A DNA stretch of 64,000 bases from contig CAYMXS010000007.1 in NCBI GenBank assembly GCA_964394465.1, positions 7,086 through 71,085 of the forward strand, written 5' to 3'. Both the position numbers and the translations under genes were made by a program. Below are positions 19,101 through 27,717 of this stretch, one piece after another. Under the pieces are notes generated by a model. The model had not been told where the DNA came from. It saw only the letters and a list, made by a program, of their open reading frames with translations, and did no database searches. This DNA comes from an uncultured Thermoplasmata archaeon (GTDB lineage Archaea; Thermoplasmatota; Thermoplasmata; Halarchaeoplasmatales; Halarchaeoplasmataceae). How positions within the stretch are numbered: position 1 is the first letter of the stretch; each line of letters opens with the position of its first letter.

Positions 19101-19514
19101 ATGCGTATAAGAAGATGTGAGGAAGAGGATCTCGAAAGAGTCATCGAGATAGAGAGGCTGAGTTTCGACAACCCTTACAGCCCTTTTATCTTCGAGTCCT
19201 ATCTGGGAAGTGAACTCTTTCTGGTGGCTTTAGAGCAAAAGATACAGGGCTATGTGATAGGTGAGATAAAAGACGAGAGACTTTGGATAATATCTATCGC
19301 AGTCGCCCCTGGCGAAAGACTTAGGGGTGTAGGAAGTCTCCTTCTAGATGGGGCCATCGAAAGAAGCGAAAGGGATAGTGTAGTATTGACCGTACGGGTG
19401 ACCAATAGGGGCGCTATAAAGTTCTACGAACAAAATGGCTTCGATAGGTTGAATCGTATCGATCACTACTACCAAAACGGAGATGACGCTTTCATGATGG
19501 GAAAAACAGTTTAA
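19101..19514 (+). CDS. GNAT N-acetyltransferase (RimI-like).
   Basis: 137 aa with an acetyl-CoA binding motif (RLRGVGSLLL). Confidence 0.65.
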   Translation: MRIRRCEEEDLERVIEIERLSFDNPYSPFIFESYLGSELFLVALEQKIQGYVIGEIKDERLWIISIAVAPGERLRGVGSLLLDGAIERSERDSVVLTVRVTNRGAIKFYEQNGFDRLNRIDHYYQNGDDAFMMGKTV

Positions 19515-19579
19515 TCCTGATAGATAATATATGGTGGAAGACGGAAACAAGTTTAAAAAAGGTAGGTCTTTGACTATAA

Positions 19580-20158
19580 ATGGTAAAAATGGAGAAGAAG
19601 TATATCGGTCTGAGCAAGTACCTCTCTTATATACTAAGACATGATCCAGACCGGGCTGATCTTGATCCAGACGAAAAAGGTTTCGTCTCTCTAGATAAGG
19701 TCTTGGATTCTTTGGTGGATACGAAACACTCGTGGGCCTCTAAAGATGATATAGAATATCTTATAGAAAAAAGCGAAAAGAGACGTTTCGAGATAAAGGG
19801 GGATCGTATCCGTGCACTCTATGGTCATTCTTACCGCATCGAGATCGAGGAGAAAATAAAGCCCCTAGAGTTTTTGTATCATGGTACTTCGCCAGACTCT
19901 TTAGGACCCATATTTAAAGATGGACTGAAACCGATGGAAAGGGAATATGTCCACCTCTCAAAGTCTGTAAAAGAGGCGCGGAAGGTCGGTAAAAGGCACC
20001 ATCCAAAACCTCAGATCCTGAAGATCGAAGCCCTCGATGCGCATAAAGACGGTCTAGAATTCTATGATAGAGGCGATGTCATCCTATCTGAAGCGGTCCC
20101 TCCGAAGTATATTTCAGAAGGGATTAATCGAGGGATACAAATAAGATGTACAAGATAA
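19580..20158 (+). CDS. kptA: RNA 2'-phosphotransferase (Tpt1/KptA family).
   Basis: Conserved LSKYLSYILRHDP, ...GHS and HGTS motifs. Confidence 0.7.
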   Translation: MVKMEKKYIGLSKYLSYILRHDPDRADLDPDEKGFVSLDKVLDSLVDTKHSWASKDDIEYLIEKSEKRRFEIKGDRIRALYGHSYRIEIEEKIKPLEFLYHGTSPDSLGPIFKDGLKPMEREYVHLSKSVKEARKVGKRHHPKPQILKIEALDAHKDGLEFYDRGDVILSEAVPPKYISEGINRGIQIRCTR

Positions 20159-20167
20159 GGTGATCAT

Positions 20168-21805
20168 ATGGCTGAAAGTGAAGACCAGGAGGACTCCAGT
20201 ACGAAAGAGGCCGATCGTATATTTGAACAGGTATTGGACCTACACGAACAGAAAGAGTTTGAAAGGGCCCTAGATCTGTGCGAGCCCATCAGGGAGGTCT
20301 ACGAACAGAACGAGAAGCTGGAAGAGATGGCCAGGTGCGACGAACAGATGGCGAAGGAAGCTAGAGCTTTAGAAAGATATGAGAAAGCATTGGGACTTTA
20401 CGAGTCTGCTAGGGACATACATGAAGACCTCATCAACATGGAGAAAGTTGCGGATTACGAGACGGAGATAGCCATCGTCTACGAGGCCATGAACGAATAT
20501 GAGAAGGCTTTGGATAAGTACGAGGATGCCTTAGAGATATACGAGGATAAAAGGATGGACCTGGCCAGCGCGGGCTGCTACAGGAACGTGGCGGACGTGC
20601 ACGAGGAACTCGACGAGTATCAGGAAGCTCTAGATATGTACAAGAAGGCTAGAGATATATACAAGGATAAGGGGAAGATGGAGGAGTTGGCTGACTGTGC
20701 AAACGAGATAGCCAGCATATACAAGACCCTGGGCCGTTTCGACGAGGCCCTCAACCTTTACAAATCAACCGGGGAGATCTACAGAGATAAGGAGAGGGAG
20801 GTAAGAGTGGCTGACTGCCTGAAGAACATGGCGGATATATTCAAGGAAAAAAGGGAGTACTCAAAGGCGTTGGAGAGGTACAAAACCGCTAGAAAACTAT
20901 ACGAGAAGAACGAGGAACCCATGGGGGTGTCTGACTGCCTCAGGAACAAAGCGAGGATATACAAGGCTAGAGGTGAATACACCGAAGCCTTGGATCTATT
21001 CCAGGCAGAGAAAGAGATATATGAAGAGAAAGAAGACCTCGAAAAGTTGGCAGATACAGAACTGGAGATAGCCACTGTATGCAGTTCGTTGGACCTGCCC
21101 AAGAAGGCGCTCGAACTCTATAAATCCGCTAGAAATCTTTACCAGGAGATCGGTTTGGAGGTCGCTGCTGCGACCACAGAGATGAACATAGGAGGAATGT
21201 ACGAAGACCTGGAGGAGTATGAAAAAGCCCTCGATAGTTACGAGAAGGCTAGAGATATATGTAAATATGAAGATAAAATTCTCGCCACCGCATCCTGTGA
21301 AAAGGACATGGCCAGCGTCTACATAAAATTGAAACGGTATGAAGACGCTCTTGAAAAATACGAGCGAGTAAAGGAGATCTACGAGAAAAAAGGAAAGAAA
21401 GTGGGTGTAGCTGCTACCTATCTCAGGATGGGTGACATATATAGAAAATTGGAAAACATGGAGGACGCCTACTATTTCTACTCTTCCTCACTCAGAGTCG
21501 CAAGGAACAACGAGATCCATGAATTGATATGGAGAAACCTCTGGAACCTAGGTAGGATCGAAAGATCGAACAGCGAGTATGAGGAGGCTTTGGAACATTT
21601 CATGGACGCCATAGATATCATCGAAGAGACCAAATCTGAAATTGGATCCGAGGATGAAAGAGAGGAGTATTTCAAAGGAAAAGAGAATGTCTACGCCGAC
21701 GGGATAAAGACTGCCCTAGACCTACAGAAGAGAAAAAAAGCCGTCGAGATATCGAATATGGGGCAGACGGAGAGACTGCAGAAGTTATTGAGAGAATACA
21801 AGTAG
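20168..21805 (+). CDS. TPR-repeat protein (about 12 tandem ~40-aa repeats).
   Basis: Regular repeat pattern (YEKALDxYEDALEIYEDK...A.C..N.A.IYK). Confidence 0.6.
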   Translation: MAESEDQEDSSTKEADRIFEQVLDLHEQKEFERALDLCEPIREVYEQNEKLEEMARCDEQMAKEARALERYEKALGLYESARDIHEDLINMEKVADYETEIAIVYEAMNEYEKALDKYEDALEIYEDKRMDLASAGCYRNVADVHEELDEYQEALDMYKKARDIYKDKGKMEELADCANEIASIYKTLGRFDEALNLYKSTGEIYRDKEREVRVADCLKNMADIFKEKREYSKALERYKTARKLYEKNEEPMGVSDCLRNKARIYKARGEYTEALDLFQAEKEIYEEKEDLEKLADTELEIATVCSSLDLPKKALELYKSARNLYQEIGLEVAAATTEMNIGGMYEDLEEYEKALDSYEKARDICKYEDKILATASCEKDMASVYIKLKRYEDALEKYERVKEIYEKKGKKVGVAATYLRMGDIYRKLENMEDAYYFYSSSLRVARNNEIHELIWRNLWNLGRIERSNSEYEEALEHFMDAIDIIEETKSEIGSEDEREEYFKGKENVYADGIKTALDLQKRKKAVEISNMGQTERLQKLLREYK

Positions 21806-21922
21806 CACATGTGATCTGGGACTTTTCAGAGGACGGAATTGATATCGATAATTAAAAGTGATTTTTGGGAGTGGTTTTCGGTAGAGAATATGGTATCTAA
21901 AACCATTTAAGTTTAGTAGGAC

Positions 21923-22285
21923 ATGTTAAGGGTGATGAAATCAGAGGAAGTCGAGGAGAAGCTTGAGATCCTAGCCGATAGTTACGCAAAACGCATCCTT
22001 GTAGGTTGTTACCATAAACCAAAACCCGTTCAAGAACTCAGCTGGCAGTACAACATCCCTATAGCGGCGGCGTACCGAAAAGTCCACGCTCTAGAGAAGG
22101 CTGGTTTCCTGAAGGTGGAAAAGAAGGAGAGCAGCCGCAGAGGCAAAAAAACGAAGCTGTACAAAACCGTGTTGAGAAGCGCCGTGATCAGGTTCGAGGA
22201 CGGTGAGTTCATGATCGACTTGGACTACAGCGGCTCCGAGAAGGAGAAGGCCAGGCTGGACTTTCAGGAACAAGAACGTGAATAA
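21923..22285 (+). CDS. Winged-helix transcriptional regulator (ArsR-like).
   Basis: 120 aa. HTH-like segment VQELSWQYNIPIAAAYRKVHALEKAGFL. Confidence 0.4.
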   Translation: MLRVMKSEEVEEKLEILADSYAKRILVGCYHKPKPVQELSWQYNIPIAAAYRKVHALEKAGFLKVEKKESSRRGKKTKLYKTVLRSAVIRFEDGEFMIDLDYSGSEKEKARLDFQEQERE

Positions 22286-22382
22286 AAGTGAACTAGGAGG
22301 AAAAGATTTACAGCCCAAGCGATAGGCAACAAAAACTATTTCTAGTGACGACTACCTTGGGGTTCCTAGAGGTGAGCAAGAG

Positions 22383-23066
22383 ATGGGCTTCTTCACAGGA
22401 ACAGCCTACTTCATAGGTATCCCACTGGTATTCGTTATCTTGCTCTGGGAGATCAAGAACGAAAAGACCTACCTCAGGTTCGTAAAGAAGGAGAAGATGG
22501 ATCAGGACAACAGGAAGTACGGTTACACAGATAAAGGATTGGAGATGATCAGGGAAAAGAACCTGAAAGATTATAAGGATTCCCTCAAGAGGTTGAAGAG
22601 GCTTCAGATATATACTATGATCGCGATGCTCATCCTGCTTCCAACTTGGAACTTCGCTGCTGCGGAACATGCATATTCTAATATACACACCGAACGAGTG
22701 GGTCCCATGGGTATCTACTCAACACCCTTAGATCCAGTAGTCTATCAGGTGGGTCCAACGTTCAACGTCGAATTTGTTAAAGAGCAGATAGAGAAGGAAC
22801 CGGATAAATATCGACCGGACCTCATCGACGACGTGGTAGATCTAGACAAGTTGACCCGGATACCTGGAGAACTCGGGATATACAGGTTGCAGGGAGAAAA
22901 GATAGTCATAACCTACGCCTACGTATCACCCTATCCCATAATGAAGACCTATGTTTTCCGGTTCCTCGAGTCGCCCAAAGGACAGGATCCCATATACGAG
23001 CAGACAAGCCATACGATCATATACCCCATGAACCCAGCAGATGCTTCGAAACTAGAGGAATTGTGA
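22383..23066 (+). CDS. Hypothetical membrane protein (2 TM).
   Basis: ORF with N-terminal TM helices; no recognised domain. Confidence 0.3.
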   Translation: MGFFTGTAYFIGIPLVFVILLWEIKNEKTYLRFVKKEKMDQDNRKYGYTDKGLEMIREKNLKDYKDSLKRLKRLQIYTMIAMLILLPTWNFAAAEHAYSNIHTERVGPMGIYSTPLDPVVYQVGPTFNVEFVKEQIEKEPDKYRPDLIDDVVDLDKLTRIPGELGIYRLQGEKIVITYAYVSPYPIMKTYVFRFLESPKGQDPIYEQTSHTIIYPMNPADASKLEEL

Positions 23067-23069
23067 GCC

Positions 23070-23795
23070 ATGGTCAGAACAACGGTGGTCCTTTTAGGGC
23101 CTAAATTCGGCGGCAACGTAGGAGCTATAGCTAGACTCATGAGAAACTTTGATAGCCATGAGCTCCATATCATCGGAGCCCCTAAAATAGTAGAAGAGGA
23201 GGAAACGAGAGCTAGAGCCGTCCATGCCCAGGACGTTTTAGACGGGGTAAAATCCCACGAAACCTTGGAGGAGATCATCGACGATTTCGACCTCGTGGTA
23301 GGGACCACAGGGATAACGACCGAGAAGGAGAAGAAATTTCTCCGCAAGGCAGAGAAACCGGAGGAACTGGCGGATTCGGTAAAAGACCTGGAGGGCCACA
23401 TAGCATTCCTCTTCGGTAGGGAAGACCAAGGCCTCTACAATGAAGAACTGAAACACTGCGATAGATTGGTGAAGATACCCACCTCGGACGATTACCCAGT
23501 AATGAACCTCTCACATTCCGTGGCTGTGATCCTCTACGAGATATATAGGTCTAGAGAGGACACGGAGAGCAGAGGGCTAGATAGAGAAGAAGCTCTGGCT
23601 GACCAGAACGAAAGGGAAAGGCTGAATCAGTACTTCGAGGATACACTTGAACTCCTAGACTACCCGGAGCACAAAAAGGAGAAAACCAAGGTCATGTTCC
23701 GGAAGATACTGGGTAGGGCAACACCCACTAGATGGGAGTACCACCGACTGATGGGAGTTTTCAAATGGATAAAAAGAGGGCTAGATAAAGAATAA
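23070..23795 (+). CDS. SpoU/TrmH-class RNA 2'-O-methyltransferase (TrmJ-like).
   Basis: SPOUT motifs (LLGPKFGGNVGAIARLMRNF; LFGREDQGL; NLSHSVAV). Confidence 0.7.
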   Translation: MVRTTVVLLGPKFGGNVGAIARLMRNFDSHELHIIGAPKIVEEEETRARAVHAQDVLDGVKSHETLEEIIDDFDLVVGTTGITTEKEKKFLRKAEKPEELADSVKDLEGHIAFLFGREDQGLYNEELKHCDRLVKIPTSDDYPVMNLSHSVAVILYEIYRSREDTESRGLDREEALADQNERERLNQYFEDTLELLDYPEHKKEKTKVMFRKILGRATPTRWEYHRLMGVFKWIKRGLDKE

Positions 23796-23801
23796 TAGCT
23801 A

Positions 23802-24440
23802 TCAGAAAGTCTCTTCCTCGGTGCCTATACCGACCTTCTCGGCCATTATCTTCTTCAGCTCGTTTCTATCCTGGGCCTCCAGTCCAAAGTATTCCTGAAA
23901 TTTAGGGCTGGTCCTTAAAGAGTAGGTCCTACCGTCGTCGTCCGCCAGTATAAGGCCCATGTCCTTCAGCTTGTCCACTTGGTCGTATACCTTTGAGCCC
24001 ACCATGGTCTTGAGCTCGCTCTGCTTGATGGGCTGATAGTAGGCGATCAGAGCGGCCGTTTTCAACAAAGGCTTGCCTATCTCCTCGTCCATCATCTCCA
24101 TGCCGTACTTGTTATAATTGGATTTGAGCTGAAGGGAGAACTTTCTGCCTATCTTGCTTATCTCGAGACACGTTTTACGGTTTTGGTACATCCTTCTTAG
24201 CTTCTTCACGGCCTGTCTGACTTCGTCTCTAGGTCTTCCTATGGACTGCTCTATCTCCGGCACGGTCAGGGGGCGTCCCGCAGAAAAGAGTACGGCCTCG
24301 ACTATCTGAACCAGGTCTTCCTCCTCTTGAAACTCCTGGGCGAACCTCTCCTGCATCTCCTCTTGGCTGTCTTCGTCCATCCTCTCCCCGAGCTTTTCGT
24401 CCGTAACTTCATCCTTCTCGTCTTCAATCTCTTCATCCAT
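23802..24440 (-). CDS. scpB: Segregation and condensation protein B.
   Basis: Tandem winged-helix ScpB pattern (VEAVLFSAGRPLTVPEI...). Confidence 0.65.
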   Translation of the reverse strand: MDEEIEDEKDEVTDEKLGERMDEDSQEEMQERFAQEFQEEEDLVQIVEAVLFSAGRPLTVPEIEQSIGRPRDEVRQAVKKLRRMYQNRKTCLEISKIGRKFSLQLKSNYNKYGMEMMDEEIGKPLLKTAALIAYYQPIKQSELKTMVGSKVYDQVDKLKDMGLILADDDGRTYSLRTSPKFQEYFGLEAQDRNELKKIMAEKVGIGTEEETF

Positions 24441-24526
24441 TGCGATATCAAATAATGGGAAAGCCTATATTAAACTACCGAAAGCCATCCAAAAAATCAA
24501 ATAACGCCGTATAACTTCACTCAACC

Positions 24527-26209
24527 ATGCCTGTGATCTCAGTAGATTCGGAGGAGCTTCTAGACCTAACTGGAGCGGACGAGATAACCCTGATGGACGT
24601 ACTGCCTAAATTGGCCATGGAGATAGAAGCCATAGAGGAGGATTCATGGGACATCGAGGTCTTCCCCGACAGATGCGACATGTTATCCGTGGAGGGCATA
24701 TCCAGAGCCGTGAAAGGCTTCACCGGAAAGGAGACCGGTCTCATAGAGTATAAGACGAAAAGGAGCGATGTCGAGACGAAGGTGGAACCCAGTGTGAGCG
24801 GGGTGAGACCATACATAGTCACCGCCGTCATAAAGAACGTAGATTTGAATGAAGAAGTGGTTCAGTCACTGATGGAACTGCAGGAAAAGCTCCATCTTAC
24901 GCTGGGGAGGAACAGAGAAAAGGTGGCCATAGGAGTGCACGACTTCAAGAACATAAAGCCGCCCTTCGTGTATAAAGCCGTAGAACCAAGGTCCGTCAGC
25001 TTCAGACCTTTAGAGAAAAGGGCCGAGATGGACCTCGAACAGATACTAGAGAGGCATGAAAAGGGGAAGGAGTTCGCCTTCATCTTAGAGGATGCAGAAA
25101 GATATCCACTCATCGTGGATTCGCATGAAAACGTCCTTTCCTTCCCGCCGGTCATCAACGGGCAGCTAACCCAGGTAACGGAAGAGACCACGGAACTGTT
25201 CATAGATATGACGGGAACGGACAAAGAGACACTGGAACGGGCACTGAACATACTGTGCACCATGCTGGCCGATCGGGGGGCAGAGATATACACGACGGAA
25301 GTAGTGTATCCTGAAGAAGAACGTCACACGTATCCCGAACTTTCAACAGATAGCATGGAGATATCGGGAGAGGAATGTAGAGAACTGCTGGGCAAGGGGA
25401 TGGATAACGAAGAGATAGTGAAGGCGTTGAAGAAGATGAGGTTCGACGCCGATGTTTTAGATGAAGATGAGGAAGACAGGATAGAAGTGACCATCCCTCC
25501 GTACAGGCACGATATAATACATCCATGGGACATAATCGAGGACGTAGCTATAGGGGTCGATTTCGATAGCTTTGAGGGTGAGCTGCCTCGGCAGGTCACC
25601 TTCGGACAAAGGGAAGAACTGGACGGTCTCAAGGAGGACCTGTCTCAGATCCTAACGGGATATGGATTCCTGGAGGTCATGAACTATTCCTTGAGCAGTC
25701 CGGAGCGAGAGTACGAGATGATGAGCCTTGAAGAGAGGGACGATCTAGCTATTATAGAGAATCCAGTCACCAAAGATGATACGTGTCTTCGCTCACATCT
25801 ACTGCCCTCGCTGATGTCGAACCTGAAGGATAACAGGAATAAACCGCTCCCTCAAAAGCTCTTCGAGATCGGGGACGTTGTAAAGGGCGGAGAGCAGAGC
25901 ACGAGAGTAGGTGCCGTGGTGAAAGCACCCGATGCGGGGTTCTCTGGTATGAAATCCATGGTCAAGGGGATCATCTCACAGCTAGGTCTTCAAGTGGAGT
26001 TCGAAGCGAAGAGTCATGCCTCCTTCATCAAGGGCAGGTGCGCCTCTATCAGTCTCAAGAGAGATGGACAAGAGAAAGAGGGGGAGATAGGATATTACGG
26101 GGAGATACATCCCAAGGTTCTAGACAACTTCCGGTTGGAGTATCCCGTGATCGCCCTGGAGATAAGCCTGGATAGTGTATTTGGAATCAAGGAAGATGAA
26201 GAGCCTTGA
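24527..26209 (+). CDS. pheT: Phenylalanine--tRNA ligase beta subunit (archaeal).
   Basis: 560 aa with B3/B4 and B5 domains and archaeal PheT C-terminal layout. Confidence 0.85.
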   Translation: MPVISVDSEELLDLTGADEITLMDVLPKLAMEIEAIEEDSWDIEVFPDRCDMLSVEGISRAVKGFTGKETGLIEYKTKRSDVETKVEPSVSGVRPYIVTAVIKNVDLNEEVVQSLMELQEKLHLTLGRNREKVAIGVHDFKNIKPPFVYKAVEPRSVSFRPLEKRAEMDLEQILERHEKGKEFAFILEDAERYPLIVDSHENVLSFPPVINGQLTQVTEETTELFIDMTGTDKETLERALNILCTMLADRGAEIYTTEVVYPEEERHTYPELSTDSMEISGEECRELLGKGMDNEEIVKALKKMRFDADVLDEDEEDRIEVTIPPYRHDIIHPWDIIEDVAIGVDFDSFEGELPRQVTFGQREELDGLKEDLSQILTGYGFLEVMNYSLSSPEREYEMMSLEERDDLAIIENPVTKDDTCLRSHLLPSLMSNLKDNRNKPLPQKLFEIGDVVKGGEQSTRVGAVVKAPDAGFSGMKSMVKGIISQLGLQVEFEAKSHASFIKGRCASISLKRDGQEKEGEIGYYGEIHPKVLDNFRLEYPVIALEISLDSVFGIKEDEEP

Positions 26210-26317
26210 ACCGGGAGAACAGGGGAAAAGATAAATAAGGGCACTCTGATGAAACCGTGCCGTGTTCCTTTTGGGCACTGGCAGATAAAATAGAAATAAA
26301 TTAGAGGTGTTAAGTAT

Positions 26318-26632
26318 ATGGAATCTGGAGTTGCAGTTTCTCCCCCTGTTGAAGAGGGAGAAAAATACAACGTAGAGATAGAAGATATCGGGAAGGAAGG
26401 CGACGGCGTCGCCAAGATAGACAATTTCGTCATATTCGTTCCCGATACGGAAGTAGGAGACGAAGTTGAGATCGAGATTACTAGAGTACTCCGAACCCTA
26501 GCCTTCGGGGAGGTAGTCGGCGAAGGTAGCACAGAAGAGTCGGAGGAAATAGAGACCGAGACCGAATCTGAATCCGAGGAAGAGTCAGAAGAAGTTGAAG
26601 AGATTTCTGTAGACGAGATAGAATTAGAGTGA
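26318..26632 (+). CDS. TRAM-domain protein with an acidic C-terminal tail.
   Basis: YNVEIEDIGKEGDGVAKIDNFVIFVPDTEVGDEVEIEITRV is a TRAM beta-barrel; poly-E/S tail. Confidence 0.6.
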   Translation: MESGVAVSPPVEEGEKYNVEIEDIGKEGDGVAKIDNFVIFVPDTEVGDEVEIEITRVLRTLAFGEVVGEGSTEESEEIETETESESEEESEEVEEISVDEIELE

Positions 26633-26696
26633 TCATGGGCCCTCGCTCGGGCTCAAAACCCAAAATCTTTTTATCTTTTCTATCGATTTATTTTTT

Positions 26697-27638
26697 ATGT
26701 CATGTCCCAGAGATAATTATCTCGGTGTCTTCGGCCATACTGCTTTAGATGTGATCCTGAAGGTGGATTCACTACCAGTTCCTAACTCTTCCACAGCTCT
26801 GAAGAACAAGGTCATTCGTTTTGGAGGGACTGCAGCCAACATCGCTAGAGCATCACAGACCATGGGTATCGATACGGCCCTGGCTTCCTTTGTAGGAGAT
26901 GATATGGATCCAGGATATACAGAGGCGTTGAAATCATCAAACGTAGATATAACGGACTTGGATGAGAAAGAGGGCTATCGGACCCCAAAATGCTGGATAG
27001 TCACCAGTGAAGAAGAGGACCAGATGGCTATCGTTGACCAAGGGGCCATGGAGTACGGTGAAGAGTTCGATCTTCAGACACACACCGTCGATTCCTCAGA
27101 GTTCATACACATAGGGACCGGGCGGCCCCGTTATCATCTACGTGTAGCGGAGATGGCCAAAAAGAAGGATAAAAAGTTGGGGTTCGATCCGGCTCAGGAG
27201 TTGAAGTACGTTTACACACCTGAGATATTCAAGGAACTCTTAGAAAAATCCGATATCTATTTCTGTAACCAGACCGAGTTCGAAACCTCCTTGGACTACC
27301 TCTCTGCGGGATCGGAAACAGATATGCTGGATTGGGTCGACTCGGTCATCGTAACCAAGGGCTCAGAAGGCTGCACTTTATACAAAAGTGACGGAGGAAA
27401 TGTGAAAGTAATAGACATCCCGGCGTTCATGCCAGAAAAAGTAGTAGAACCTACAGGAGCCGGAGACGCGTTCAGAGCAGGGTTCTATTTCGGGCTGAGC
27501 CGGGACTTCAATATTGAAAGAAACTGTGAGATAGCATGTGCTAGGGCAAGTTTCGCGGTGGAACACGCCGGCCCACAGGAAGGTCTTGTGGGCAGGGAAG
27601 AAGTGATGGAAAGACTGGAAGACGGGAAAAGATTATGA
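26697..27638 (+). CDS. PfkB/ribokinase-family carbohydrate or nucleoside kinase.
   Basis: N-terminal GG motif (FGGTAANIA) and C-terminal PTGAGDAFRAG anion hole. Confidence 0.7.
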   Translation: MSCPRDNYLGVFGHTALDVILKVDSLPVPNSSTALKNKVIRFGGTAANIARASQTMGIDTALASFVGDDMDPGYTEALKSSNVDITDLDEKEGYRTPKCWIVTSEEEDQMAIVDQGAMEYGEEFDLQTHTVDSSEFIHIGTGRPRYHLRVAEMAKKKDKKLGFDPAQELKYVYTPEIFKELLEKSDIYFCNQTEFETSLDYLSAGSETDMLDWVDSVIVTKGSEGCTLYKSDGGNVKVIDIPAFMPEKVVEPTGAGDAFRAGFYFGLSRDFNIERNCEIACARASFAVEHAGPQEGLVGREEVMERLEDGKRL

Positions 27639-27717
27639 ATGCTACAGTGGGCACAATATATTAATATATGTCTATTTATAATCATTACGTGGCTAGGACA
27701 TCTCAGAAGGTGAGTTT

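Noticed and set aside
22308-22688. 126-aa minus-strand ORF overlapping the start of the 22383 membrane-protein gene.
   Set aside because: It overlaps a plus-strand gene that has a better start context and a hydrophobic N-terminus, so it is likely spurious.
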